Assembly: GCA_049975525.1 (NCBI GenBank)
Contig: JBNGCW010000011.1
Coordinates: 45,623 to 109,622 of the forward strand
Direction of reading: 5' to 3'
DNA length: 64,000 bases
Origin: Anaerolineae bacterium
GTDB taxonomy: Bacteria; Chloroflexota; Anaerolineae; B4-G1; SLSP01
Below are positions 38,132 through 48,401 of the stretch, piece by piece. The notes beneath the pieces were generated by a model. The model saw nothing but the letters and a program-made list of their open reading frames with translations, ran no database searches and was not told the origin of the DNA. Made by a program: the position numbers and the translations under genes. Position 1 is the stretch's first letter; the number at the start of each line of letters is the position of its first letter.

Positions 38132-39640
38132 TTAGGGCGCGACGACTTCGGTGTTGAGCAACGCGCCCTGGGGCCCATAGGTCGCTCGATAGAGCCAGCC
38201 ACCGTACTCCACGGCGACGGCGGCACAATACTGATCCGCCCGATCGGTGTAGCTGTACCACGTCCAGTTGGCGCTGCCCCCCGCCGTCAACGGTGGAGGT
38301 TCACCCTCGATGCCGTTGGGCCAGCCGTCCTCTTTGCGATAGTAGTTAGCGTAATACCATCCCTCCTCCGATCCATCACCGTTGCGGATGAGGAACAAGG
38401 GCTGGTAAGCGGGCCAGTCGATAGTCGCACCGCTGACGTTATGATACGTCATCTTCATCTCGCACCAGCGACTCTGCCCCTCTCGCCCCTCATATCCCAT
38501 GGGACCCTCCCACGTGATCTCCAGGGGGGCGCTGCTCGCAGCGGGCGCCTCCGTCTCGGCAGGCGCTTCGGTTGCGGCAAGTGGCTCCGAGGCTACAGGC
38601 GCGGCCGCACCCGAGGCGCTCTCGAGTTGCCAGACGCGCAAATCATCCAGGCAAATGGTGACATTAGCGTCCTCGTAGGTGGCCCCGCCGATGCCGATGC
38701 GCCCTTCGGCGAAGATGTCGGCCTGCACGGTGTTGATGAGAACGCCGTTCACATACAAGTAGAGGGTATCGCCCAGGCGACCCATCCCCAGATAGTTTTC
38801 TCCATCCGGTGCAATGTGTTGCGCCTCCGTCCACGAGACAAGAGCATCCTGCCACACGTCATCTTTGAGGAAGAACAACGCGTAGGATTGCGTGCTGGCG
38901 TCGATTTCGTACCAGACCAGGTTATCCCCGTCTGCGCCGTATCCCAGTCCGCAGCTGGCGTCGGTCATCGGATCGACGGTACACTTAACCTCGGCGAAGA
39001 ACTCGGTGGTACGGAAAGGCTCGTACCACTCCCAGGCGGTCATGTCACTCACCCGGATATCGATACAGTATTCGCCGTTGGCCGGCACGTTGTAGATGAC
39101 GTCGCCGTCGTCGATCCCCCCCCAGTTGTTGCGGTTGTCGCTGAAGTCCTCTTCAAAGCGCAACACAGCGCCCTCGGCGACGCTGGCCGTGCCCACCACC
39201 GTCCACGTGTGTGTGCCTGTTAGTTCGACGTTGTAAAGCGTCTCCACCACCTCGAGTTCCGGATTGCCGGCCTGCAGGTCGTAGACCGCAGGGGGAATGC
39301 CGGAAAGGGTCCGTCGCTGACCGGCCGCGAGAGGCATATCGAGCCAATTGGAACCCCACTCATTGCTCTCCACCGGGGAGATATAGAGCTCGGTAAGAGG
39401 AACTCCGCTGTCGTTGATGACCTCCAGCGAGGCCGTCCTCTCTTCTTGGGGGGGAAGTGTTTCCTCCACCGGCTCACGGGTAGCCATCGGACGCGAGGTG
39501 GGGGTAGGTTCCATCTTCACGGTCTCCTCGGTGGGAGGGGTCTCCGTCGCCGCAGGGGGAGTTAAATCAAGCAAACTACAGCCGAGGGACACAAACAACC
39601 CTATAGCGATAACGATAAAGATCCGCCGTCGGTATTTCAT
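38132..39640 (-). CDS. Secreted lipoprotein, unknown function
   Basis: AAGGAG RBS. Signal peptide with lipobox LGCS. Pro/Thr/Glu-rich linker. Confidence 0.6.
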   Translation of the reverse strand: MKYRRRIFIVIAIGLFVSLGCSLLDLTPPAATETPPTEETVKMEPTPTSRPMATREPVEETLPPQEERTASLEVINDSGVPLTELYISPVESNEWGSNWLDMPLAAGQRRTLSGIPPAVYDLQAGNPELEVVETLYNVELTGTHTWTVVGTASVAEGAVLRFEEDFSDNRNNWGGIDDGDVIYNVPANGEYCIDIRVSDMTAWEWYEPFRTTEFFAEVKCTVDPMTDASCGLGYGADGDNLVWYEIDASTQSYALFFLKDDVWQDALVSWTEAQHIAPDGENYLGMGRLGDTLYLYVNGVLINTVQADIFAEGRIGIGGATYEDANVTICLDDLRVWQLESASGAAAPVASEPLAATEAPAETEAPAASSAPLEITWEGPMGYEGREGQSRWCEMKMTYHNVSGATIDWPAYQPLFLIRNGDGSEEGWYYANYYRKEDGWPNGIEGEPPPLTAGGSANWTWYSYTDRADQYCAAVAVEYGGWLYRATYGPQGALLNTEVVAP

Positions 39641-39760
39641 TTTTTCACTCCTTGAAGGCTAAAACATCTGGCTACCCTGAAAAAGGGCGGCCAAAGCAAA
39701 CCATGGGGTATAGGATACCCTCGTCTCCTGCTGAAAAACCTGTGCAACAGGGTCAACACC

Positions 39761-41143
39761 TTACTCTTCCCCAGCCAGAAAGATCTGCTTCGAAACGGTC
39801 AGACGCTGCATCTGCCAGAGGATGAAACGCACGCGCTGGGAGAGGGCCGCGCTGATATTCCAAAGCAAGCGGGTGCCCAAAATCGCGTCGTCCTCACAAA
39901 GCGCCAGCAGCCGCTCCCGATCCAGCGCCAGCAGCACGGCGCCCCCGTCACCGGCGATCAAATCCGCGCTGCGCTCCTGCTTGTCGAAAATCGCCAGCTC
40001 GCCGGCCAGCTGACCGGGCAGCAGGTCGGCGACGTGCCGCTTATGCTTCGACTCCTCGCCCGGATGCTCAGGATCGCTCCACACCTCCACCGTGCCGCTG
40101 CGAATAATGTAGAGTTCTTGACCACTTTCGGCGACGTTGACGATCTTCTCTCCTGCCGCGTAGATGCGTGGCTGACATTGGGCGGCCAAACGCAGGCGTT
40201 GTGCCTTGTTCAAGTCGTTGCCAACGTCAGAGTGGGCCAGAAACCGCGCGATTTCCTGGACCTGCCCCAGCTCCTCGTCGCTGAGCGAGGCATCCAGTTT
40301 CTCTTGGAAACGCGGCAAGCCGAGGTAGGCACTGACCAGCCGCCGGGTGACCTGAGGCGCCTCAAACTGAGGCCAATGTCCGGCCTTGGGCAAAATGCGC
40401 AGGTCGGCCTCCGGCCACTCGTCGGCCACGATGCTGGCATCCCGCAACGGGACCGTGTTGTCCTCGGCGCCCCAGATGATGAGCGTCGGCGTGTCGAGCC
40501 GGTGGAGATGTGAGGTCAGATCGTTGTTCCGCATGGCGAAAAAGCACTCGGCGCGCACCCGGCCTTGACCGGGACGGCGCGCATCGGACCGGATCTTCTT
40601 GTAATCCGCCTCGGTAATCCCCGTGCGCTCCGCAAAGGAAGCCGGGCGCATGATCCGATCGGTGACGCCCACAAAACCCTGCTCCACAGCGGAGACAATC
40701 AACCGGCCCAGGCCAAACCGTTCCAGCAGCGTGATGGGCGAGACCACCAGGTTAATGTAGGGGGAAAGCCGCCCGGTGATCGTGGGGTCCAGTAACACCA
40801 TCCGCTCGATCAGGGCGGGGTGACGTAGAGCGAGGGTCACCGCGATCATCCCCCCCATGGAATGCCCGACGACGACAACCGGAGCGTCACAGACTTCACC
40901 GAGGAACTCGGCCAAGAGATCTGCGTAGGCCGGGATGGTCGTGCGATGCGGGAGAGGGGGCGACTGGCCATAGCCCGGTAGGTCGACAGCCAGACAGCGA
41001 AAGCGCTGCCGCAAAATCTGGACCATCGGCGAGAGAGCGTACCAGGAACTGGACCAGCCGTGGATCAACAACGCGATCTGTCGTTTGGGCACCCCCTCTT
41101 CATGAACGTGGATCTGCTGCCCGCGAACATCGTAGAAAGCCAT
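39761..41143 (-). CDS. Alpha/beta-hydrolase fused to a C-terminal cyclic-nucleotide-binding (CAP effector) domain
   Basis: HGWSSSW, the GHSMGG nucleophile elbow, and C-terminal ...GELAIFDKQERSADLIA... (GELAL/RSA signature). Confidence 0.75.
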   Translation of the reverse strand: MAFYDVRGQQIHVHEEGVPKRQIALLIHGWSSSWYALSPMVQILRQRFRCLAVDLPGYGQSPPLPHRTTIPAYADLLAEFLGEVCDAPVVVVGHSMGGMIAVTLALRHPALIERMVLLDPTITGRLSPYINLVVSPITLLERFGLGRLIVSAVEQGFVGVTDRIMRPASFAERTGITEADYKKIRSDARRPGQGRVRAECFFAMRNNDLTSHLHRLDTPTLIIWGAEDNTVPLRDASIVADEWPEADLRILPKAGHWPQFEAPQVTRRLVSAYLGLPRFQEKLDASLSDEELGQVQEIARFLAHSDVGNDLNKAQRLRLAAQCQPRIYAAGEKIVNVAESGQELYIIRSGTVEVWSDPEHPGEESKHKRHVADLLPGQLAGELAIFDKQERSADLIAGDGGAVLLALDRERLLALCEDDAILGTRLLWNISAALSQRVRFILWQMQRLTVSKQIFLAGEE

Positions 41144-41716
41144 ACGGAATCCCCTTCACCTTTGGAAAAGCCTAAATCTGAATTCAATCAACCGTATCCA
41201 CATCCAACCATGATACGATGGGGATCAGAATTTAATGAACCTGGAACTCTTTAAGGTATGGCCTCTGTACCTAATAGTAACCTCGACTTTTGCGATCACA
41301 GGGATAACAAATTTGATTTCACATAGTAGCATTGAAACTCAACAAAACCTCGCTCATATCGAACCGGGCTTACAATTAGATGCGCAATTAAGGTTGCCTT
41401 TCCATGGCGGGCCCCAAAATGCGATTGAATGACTTGTCGCGGTCTGATGGCCGGAAAACCTGGGCATTTGCGGTTCGGCAGATGCTAAATTCAAGCCAAC
41501 AAGCCAGCGGCACAGTCTTATCTCGCTCCATGGTCACGCCGGATAAGGTGTGTTGAGAGTGTATTGGCTGCATTATAGTCACTTTTATCAGATGTTCAAA
41601 CTATCGCAAAACTCGAGTAGTAACCTATAAACGCGATAAGTTCAACACCAGATCGGGGGATCATCTCAGAATCTCCACCGGCGGCTGCAAAAGTCTCACG
41701 CAGAAGCGACACGAAC

Positions 41717-41758
41717 ACAAAAAACTCCAAAGCCCCCTCGCCGGAGAGGACTTTGGAG
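41717..41758 (-). terminator. Rho-independent terminator for the beta-helix protein gene
   Basis: Minus-strand reading gives CTCCAAAG...CTTTGGAG followed by TTTTTTGTG. Confidence 0.6.
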
Positions 41759-41779
41759 TTTGGGTGCGGGTGCGAGAAA

Positions 41780-44700
41780 CTACGGACGGCTCACCAGGGG
41801 CAGGAAAACTGAGTAAGGCCAGCCCTGAGCCGTGGTCGTATCAACCACGGAAGCCGAGACCGATCCATCGCCCAACGAGGTCGCGGTCACCGTCAGGACG
41901 TCAACGACCCCTTCTGCCGTTCCCGGAGGTATGGAGACGTAGACCTTCACCGTCGTCGAGGCGCCCGCCGCCAGGGTCGCAGCGATAGGCTGGACAGATC
42001 CGCTCCAGCCCTGACTGGACGCCGCACTCAGGTGGAAGGTGTCGGAGCCATTGCCGTCGTTGGTCAGCGTATGCTCATAAACAACCTGCGTCCCCGGCAA
42101 GCCTCCCACCGCCCGGTCGGGTGTGAAGGTCAAGGCGGGCACCAGGGCCACCGTGATATCGTCTTGCGCGCCATCTACCACCGCCGGGTTGGGCACCGAA
42201 GCGGCGGTCACGTTGATAGAGTCCGTCGTCCCCGCGGCCAGACCGGTCGGCACATCGACCTTCACCAGCACCGTCGCCGATCCGGCGGCCGGTACCGTCA
42301 CCAGGGCCGGCATCACGTGCACCGGCCAACCGTTTGCGGAAACGGCGCTGACGTTGAAGGTGTCCTGTGCGTTACCGGTGTTCTGCACCGTGTGTGTGAA
42401 GACCGCCTGAGTGCCCGGATCGGGCGAGGCGCTGAGGTCAGGTGTCAGAGAAACGCCGGAGAGACGCCACTCGTAGCAGCCCATATCCGCGTCACCGCCG
42501 GCGGGCACCGGTCGCGGCACACCGTCCAGATCGAGGGCCGGCGCCGCTGCCGTCTCGGCTGCGTCCACCGCCGGCGAGGTCTGCTGGAGGTGATAGTCGC
42601 CTCCGCCGACGAAGAGCGGGTTCTGGTCGATGTTGCCCGCCCCGGACCAGCCGCCCTCGATGTCAGAGTACGTAGCCTTCATCGTCTGCGTCACCGGATA
42701 AGCGCTGGTGAAGGCAGCGGTGTGCCCCCAGAGGATGGTGTTGGAGAGATAGGCCGTGGTGGTGAGTGTGCCGCTGATGTAGACGCCGCTTTCCCCATTG
42801 TTGGCGATGGTGTCGTTGAGGCTGCGGAAATCGGCCTCGTCTACGAAAACGCCGGCCGCCAACTGGCTGCCGCCGGTGTTGTCGGCGATCAGGTTGTTGA
42901 CGCTCCGGCCCCATAGCGGGTCGGTCAGATTCTCGTTGTCGATGACCATGCCCGCGCTCCGATAACCGGCGGTGTTGCTGAGCACCCGGTTGCGCTCCAG
43001 GAAATACTGGCTGTCATCCCCGCCCTTGAGGTAGATGCCTGCGCTTTCGGTGATGGCCGTATTGGCGCGGATGAGATTATGCTCCATCACTAACCGCGAG
43101 CCTCTGTACAGTTCGGCGTAGAATCCGGCCAGACTATTCTGGGCCTCGTTGCCGGCGATGGTGTTATCCACCATAGTCAGCATGCCGGCGTCGGAGAGAT
43201 CGGTGTACATCCCGGCGTAGCTGCCGCCGGTGGTGCCGGTGAGATAGGCAGTGTTGGAGAGCACCTGATTGCGGCGAAAGTCCACTTGGCCGCCGTACTT
43301 GATGTCCTCGAGGTAAAGCCCGCCATAATCGCCGCCGAGCACCTGGGCGGGTGCGGCGATGATCTGGGTTCCGACCCGCACCGTCTCGGTGATGCCGGCC
43401 CGGTTGCCGACGAGCCGGTTATCCCAGAAACGCATCACTGTGCCATCGGACACGCTATCGAAGTAGAGCCCGCCATAGTTGCCGCCGGCGGTGTTGCGGT
43501 TGAACTGGTTGCCGATGAAATCTACCTCGGCCTTCTCGATGTTGTAGAAGCGGCAGCCGCCGTAGTCGCCAAGGGCCGTGTTGTCGTTGATCAGGTTGCG
43601 GTTGAAGTGGACCACCGCTCCGTTGTACCAGTAATCGTCGAAGTAGCAGCCGCCGCCCGCGTCGCCGGCCCAGTTGCGCTGCAACTGGTTGTCCTCGAAG
43701 TACCAGACTGAGCCGTAGTCGACGTAGTCGTCGAAGTAGAGGCCGCCGCCGTCGTCCGTGGAGATATTATCGTTGATCTGGTTACCCGTCATCCACACGG
43801 TGGCGCCCTCGTCGATGGTGTAGAGATAGATCCCCCCGCCGCCGTAGGAGCCGGTGCTGGAGATGGTATTGTGGCTGATAACGTTGTCGTGGAACTGGAC
43901 GCGGCCGCCACTTTCGACTCTGTAGAAGTAAAGTCCGCCGCCGGCGCCGCCGGTGGTCAGGTTGCCGGTGATCACGTTGCGGTTGAAGGCCAGCGTGACG
44001 CCCTCGTAGGCCGGATGGTACATGTAGACCCCCCCGCCGTCGCCGTCGGAGACGTTGTCCACGACGACGTTGTCGCTGAAAGAGACGTCAGCCCCATCAG
44101 AGCCGAACTCGGAGCTGTAGAAGCCGCCCCCTGCGCCGCCGGCCGTGTTGCCGCGCAGCACATTGCGGTCGAAGGTGCCCAGCGCCCCTTCGTAGGCGAA
44201 GTAGTAGTTGTAGAACCCGCCTCCCTCGTCGCCGGCCGTGTTGTTGAGGAACTGGTTGTCGTCAAAGTGAACCTCGGTGCCATAGTGGGTCTCGTAGAAG
44301 TAGACCCCGCCGCCGTCACCGGTGGCGGCCTCGTTGTTTTCAAAGACGTTGCGGCTCATCGAGAGCTGGCAGCCCTCGGTGCAGTAGTACCAATAGAGGC
44401 CACCGCCGCTGTTCCCGGCCCTGTTATCGCGGTAGACGCCGTCGTCAAAGACCAGCTGCCCCGATCCTTGGTGGGCCTCGTAGAGGTAGAACCCGCCGCC
44501 CTCGTCGCCGGCCGTGTTGCGTTCAAAGGTGAGATGATCGGCCTGGATGGAGACAGCCGGGGGGGCGTTGTAGTAAATCTCGTCCATGTAGAAGCCGCCG
44601 CCGTCGGCGCCGGCCGTGTTGCTGACGAAGCGGGCGTGGCTCAGCTCCAGGTAGGCGCGGTAGTTGGGGCCGTAGTCGAAATAGATGCCGCCGCCGTCGC

Positions 44701-46165
44701 TGGCAGCGGTGTTGGTCAGGAACTCGGTCTGGCCCAACAGCATCCTCGAGCCAGCGTAGATATCGCCCACGTAGAGGCCGCCGCCGTCGGCGCCGGCCGT
44801 GTTGCGCTCGAACCGGCTGCCGGTCAGGTCCACCAGGCTGCCGTTGCTGGCTTGGGCGTACCCGCCGCCGCCGTTGTCGCCGGCCGTGTTGCTGATCACC
44901 TGGGCGTTGGTGGCGATGACCGTGTCGTTGCTGGCGTCCAGGTAGACGCCGCCGTAACTCCCGCCGGCGACGTTGTCATAGACATACAGATTGGTCGCAG
45001 TGATTGTAGAGTGGTCGTAGGCCTCAAAGTAGGCCCCACCATAGTCGTCGCCAGCCCGGTTGCCCGTGACCCGCGTGTTGGGCAAGTCTATGGCCGAGTT
45101 GTATCCGGCGTAGATGTATCCGCCGCCATAGTCGTAGGTACCACCGTTGACCGTGTTGTCCGCCAGCACCAAATTGTCGCCGGTGACCTGGCTGTTGCCA
45201 TAGGCATATAGATACAGCCCGCCGTAGCCCCGGTAGTTGGCCGTGTTGTTCCGGAACTCGTTGTCGTAGAAGGTGGCGCTGGAGTTGTAGTACATATAGA
45301 CGTAGCCGCCGCCGTAATAATCGTCGGCGTAGTTGCCGATCACGCGGTTGCGGTCGAAGGTGCCGTGGGAGTTGTACAGGGCGAAGTAGAGGCCGCCGTA
45401 GTAATGGTAAGGAAATCCAGAGGATCCATCTATGGCGGTGGTGTTATTCATCACCAGGTTGTCCTCGATCTGGAACTGGCCAAAGCCCTCCACGTAGGCG
45501 TACAGGCCGCCGTAGTAGTCTCCCGAGATGTTCCCTACAATGTTGTTGCCGGTCAGCGTGAGCGTGCCGGAAAGATAGACGTTGGCGTAGATGCCGGCGT
45601 AGTCGTCGGACGAGGTGTTGGTCATCACGTCGTTGCCGGTGATGTGCAGGTCGGAGCGGTTGTCCACATCGGCATAGATGCCGCCGCCATCGTCGGCGCT
45701 GTTGTCATGGATGAAGTTGTCGTGGATGGTCACGACGCTATCGTCTTCCACGTCTACGTAGATGCCGCCACCGTCGTTGGCGCCGGCGTCGCCGTTGGCG
45801 ATCTCGAAACCGTCGATGGTCACCTCGATCCCGGCGCCCTGGACGTCGATCACGCGCGCCGCTACGTTGCCCACGGTGGTGCTGCGCGGCGTGCGGCTGC
45901 CGAAGCCGGCCTCATATCCGCCCAGCAGCGTCAGCGACTTGGTGATGACCAGGTTTTCGTTGAAGGTCTCGTTGCGCACGTGGATGGTGTCGCCGGGGTT
46001 GGCCGCGTCGATGGCGGCCTGGATGGTGGCGTAGTCGCCACCGGTCCCCACCGTGATGATAGCCGCGCGCGTCAGTTGCGGCGTCAGCCACAACAGGGCC
46101 AGGCCCAGAGCGGCGACGCTCACGGCGGTCAAGATACTGAACAAAGCGTTGCGTTGCGTCCTCAT
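41780..46165 (-). CDS. Giant secreted right-handed parallel beta-helix repeat protein with C-terminal CARDB/Ig-like domains
   Basis: Signal peptide. Dozens of NTAGxDGGGxY-type beta-helix repeats. Two C-terminal Ig-like domains. The protein ends ...PYSVFLPLVSRP. Confidence 0.8.
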   Translation of the reverse strand: MRTQRNALFSILTAVSVAALGLALLWLTPQLTRAAIITVGTGGDYATIQAAIDAANPGDTIHVRNETFNENLVITKSLTLLGGYEAGFGSRTPRSTTVGNVAARVIDVQGAGIEVTIDGFEIANGDAGANDGGGIYVDVEDDSVVTIHDNFIHDNSADDGGGIYADVDNRSDLHITGNDVMTNTSSDDYAGIYANVYLSGTLTLTGNNIVGNISGDYYGGLYAYVEGFGQFQIEDNLVMNNTTAIDGSSGFPYHYYGGLYFALYNSHGTFDRNRVIGNYADDYYGGGYVYMYYNSSATFYDNEFRNNTANYRGYGGLYLYAYGNSQVTGDNLVLADNTVNGGTYDYGGGYIYAGYNSAIDLPNTRVTGNRAGDDYGGAYFEAYDHSTITATNLYVYDNVAGGSYGGVYLDASNDTVIATNAQVISNTAGDNGGGGYAQASNGSLVDLTGSRFERNTAGADGGGLYVGDIYAGSRMLLGQTEFLTNTAASDGGGIYFDYGPNYRAYLELSHARFVSNTAGADGGGFYMDEIYYNAPPAVSIQADHLTFERNTAGDEGGGFYLYEAHQGSGQLVFDDGVYRDNRAGNSGGGLYWYYCTEGCQLSMSRNVFENNEAATGDGGGVYFYETHYGTEVHFDDNQFLNNTAGDEGGGFYNYYFAYEGALGTFDRNVLRGNTAGGAGGGFYSSEFGSDGADVSFSDNVVVDNVSDGDGGGVYMYHPAYEGVTLAFNRNVITGNLTTGGAGGGLYFYRVESGGRVQFHDNVISHNTISSTGSYGGGGIYLYTIDEGATVWMTGNQINDNISTDDGGGLYFDDYVDYGSVWYFEDNQLQRNWAGDAGGGCYFDDYWYNGAVVHFNRNLINDNTALGDYGGCRFYNIEKAEVDFIGNQFNRNTAGGNYGGLYFDSVSDGTVMRFWDNRLVGNRAGITETVRVGTQIIAAPAQVLGGDYGGLYLEDIKYGGQVDFRRNQVLSNTAYLTGTTGGSYAGMYTDLSDAGMLTMVDNTIAGNEAQNSLAGFYAELYRGSRLVMEHNLIRANTAITESAGIYLKGGDDSQYFLERNRVLSNTAGYRSAGMVIDNENLTDPLWGRSVNNLIADNTGGSQLAAGVFVDEADFRSLNDTIANNGESGVYISGTLTTTAYLSNTILWGHTAAFTSAYPVTQTMKATYSDIEGGWSGAGNIDQNPLFVGGGDYHLQQTSPAVDAAETAAAPALDLDGVPRPVPAGGDADMGCYEWRLSGVSLTPDLSASPDPGTQAVFTHTVQNTGNAQDTFNVSAVSANGWPVHVMPALVTVPAAGSATVLVKVDVPTGLAAGTTDSINVTAASVPNPAVVDGAQDDITVALVPALTFTPDRAVGGLPGTQVVYEHTLTNDGNGSDTFHLSAASSQGWSGSVQPIAATLAAGASTTVKVYVSIPPGTAEGVVDVLTVTATSLGDGSVSASVVDTTTAQGWPYSVFLPLVSRP

Positions 46166-46502
46166 TTAGCAACCCTCCTCAGGTATGGAATATTGACACT
46201 TTGAAGAGAGACACCTCACAAATTCAGGTTCAGATATCAGAGGATGGTCTTTGCGTTGCATCACCTCCCTTTTCCATAATAATCCGCGGAGACAAGAGGG
46301 GGGCTGCCGCAGAAAACCCTTGCGAAGCCGGCTCCTCTTACGGAAGTGAGGTTGAAGCTAAAAGGCGTGGATGGGTGCGTTTCCCCGTGGAACACGTAAA
46401 CCTATCTCCAGGATAAATTAGTATTGCCTGGATATCAAGAGGAGTTGACCGTTTTGGATTTCGCGATAGCCTCCCTCTTGGGTTTAGGTCCCCTTCCCGT
46501 GC

Positions 46503-46635
46503 TTCTCCGTCATCCCGAGCGCAGCGCAGCAAAAGGACGAATGCTAAGTCAGCCACAACTTCGTATGCCAGGTGGGGAGATTCCTCGACTCCCTCCAGGC
46601 AAACTGCGCCTTCCGCTCGCGCGGAATGACGGGGA
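46503..46635. repeat. Second repeat family: inverted termini CCGTCATYCCG.GAGCG flanking GAGATTCCTCGACTCC
   Basis: A partial copy with GAGATTCCTCGATTCGCTCGGAATGACG lies at 58946-58973. Confidence 0.45.
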
Positions 46636-46797
46636 GGGACCATAAAAGCATAAGTTCCCGTTGCTGTCAACCCACTGCGGAAGAGAATCGCCGCGTGTCT
46701 TTCGGCTTGGCGGGGATCTGATGATCTCTTTCAAGTCAACTGAGCCACAACCTCACATTCACAGCGTCTTTGCGGTCTTGGCGCTCCTGCGTAAGGC

Positions 46798-47739
46798 TTA
46801 CAATTCTTCCCCACAGCCGGCATGAGAGGACCAGCAGAGCGTCTGAGCCGCCACAACACTCACGGCCTCGAAGCGCACAGCATCGCCGGGCAGGCACTGC
46901 GCCAGCAGCGGCAGATCGGCGCGGATCACCGTAGCGATCTTGGGATAGCCGCCCGTGGTCTGGTGATCGGCCAACATGACGATGGGCTGGCCGTCGGCGG
47001 GCACCTGCACACTGCCGGCGACGACGCCGTCGGAGACGATCCCGGTGGCATCACGGTGGGCAATACGCGGTCCCTGCAGGCGCGCGCCCATGCGGTTGGA
47101 ATCGGGGCGGATCTTGTATGGAACGTTCAAGAACGTCTCCAATCCTGCTGACGTGAAATAGTCATCCTGCGGGCCCAGGACGACACGCAGCGTGGGCGCT
47201 GCCGTGTACGGCGGGCGCCGGGACGCGGGCCACGCGCGCCCCGCCTGCATCGCCGGGTGCGGAACGCCCTCACCGAGGGGTAGCCGATCCCCGGCGCGCA
47301 GCGCGCGGCCCTCCAGGCCGCCGAAACTCCCGGGCAGATAGGTGCTGCGCGAATCGAGGAAAGGAGGCACATCGATGCCCCCATCGATGGCGAGATAGGC
47401 ACGCGCACCTCGTCGTCGCGCGCCGAAACGCAGCCACTGTCCGGCCCGCAGAAAGACCGCGTGCCACGTGGGAACGCGGAGCGTCCCCGCCCAGAGCTCG
47501 AAGTCGGCACCGCAGACAGCCACAAGGCTGGGACGCGAGCAGCGCAGCGTCGGCCCGGTGAGGGTGATCTCCAGGCCCGCCGCGCCCTTGGGATTGCCCA
47601 CCAATTGGTTCGCGGCGCGGAAAGCGGCTGCGTCCAGGGGGCCGGAGGGCGGCACACCAAAGCGCGCCCAGCCGACGCGCCCCGCGTCCTGGACGGTGGT
47701 AAGCAGACCCGGTTCCCAGATTTCCAGCACGCCCCTCAT
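46798..47739 (-). CDS. pxpC: 5-oxoprolinase subunit C
   Basis: Homology begins at MRGVLEIWEPGLLTTVQDAGR. The annotated 454-aa ORF has a spurious Arg/Gly-rich N-terminal extension overlapping pxpB. Confidence 0.8.
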   Translation of the reverse strand: MRGVLEIWEPGLLTTVQDAGRVGWARFGVPPSGPLDAAAFRAANQLVGNPKGAAGLEITLTGPTLRCSRPSLVAVCGADFELWAGTLRVPTWHAVFLRAGQWLRFGARRRGARAYLAIDGGIDVPPFLDSRSTYLPGSFGGLEGRALRAGDRLPLGEGVPHPAMQAGRAWPASRRPPYTAAPTLRVVLGPQDDYFTSAGLETFLNVPYKIRPDSNRMGARLQGPRIAHRDATGIVSDGVVAGSVQVPADGQPIVMLADHQTTGGYPKIATVIRADLPLLAQCLPGDAVRFEAVSVVAAQTLCWSSHAGCGEEL

Positions 47740-47741
47740 CC

Positions 47742-48401
47742 TCAGCCATCCTCCGCGATGAAGCGCACCCTGTCTCCGGCCTGAAGCAGGAACGGGGCTT
47801 CCCGCGCCGGATCGAAGAGCGCCAGATCCGTGCGCCCCAGGATGCGCCAGCCGCCGGGCGTATCCAGCGCGTAGACGCCCGTCTGCCCGCCCGCGATGCC
47901 GACGCTGCCCGATGGAACGCAGGTGCGCGGCGTCTCCAGGCGCGGCGCGGCGATGCGGGGATCGAGGCCCTGCAAGTAGGCGAAGCCCGGCGCGAAGCCC
48001 AGCATCGCCACGCGGTACGTGGGCGCCGTGTGCAGGCGGATCACCTCGGCCGGGGAGAGGCCCGCGTGCTGGGCGACGCTCGCCAGATCGGGACCGGCGT
48101 CGCCGCCGTAGCGGACGGGGATCTCGATGAGACGACCTTCCGGCGGCTCGATCTCCGCCCATGCATCCAGATGGGCGCCGAGGGCTGCCTCGACCTCGTC
48201 CGCCGGGCAGACGCAGGGATCGTAGCGCACCAGGAGCGCGCGATAGGTGGGCACCGTCTCGATGAAGCCGGGCAACGTGTCGGGCGTGAGGAGGGCATCA
48301 AGGGCGTGAACCCGCGCCGTGAGCCTCGCGTCGACGCGGTTTCCGAATTCGACGGTGAAGGCCGCCTCGCCCACGGGCAGGATGCGCGGATAGGCACTCA
48401 C
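47742..48401 (-). CDS. pxpB: 5-oxoprolinase subunit B
   Basis: MSAYPRILPVGEAAFTVEFG... matches the KipI/PxpB family. Coupled to pxpC with a 2-nt gap. Confidence 0.8.
   Translation of the reverse strand: MSAYPRILPVGEAAFTVEFGNRVDARLTARVHALDALLTPDTLPGFIETVPTYRALLVRYDPCVCPADEVEAALGAHLDAWAEIEPPEGRLIEIPVRYGGDAGPDLASVAQHAGLSPAEVIRLHTAPTYRVAMLGFAPGFAYLQGLDPRIAAPRLETPRTCVPSGSVGIAGGQTGVYALDTPGGWRILGRTDLALFDPAREAPFLLQAGDRVRFIAEDG

Noticed and set aside
36192-41143. Calling the cyclase-like gene plus cNMP-hydrolase a confirmed Pycsar/CBASS operon
   Set aside because: The two genes are not adjacent: two unrelated genes intervene. The cyclase assignment rests on short motif matches only. It is kept as a hypothesis in the findings rather than as an annotated system.
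46798-48162. 454-aa version of the pxpC ORF with a long Arg/Gly-rich N-terminus
   Set aside because: Homology to PxpC begins at the internal Met (47739). The extension overlaps the entire pxpB gene in another frame.
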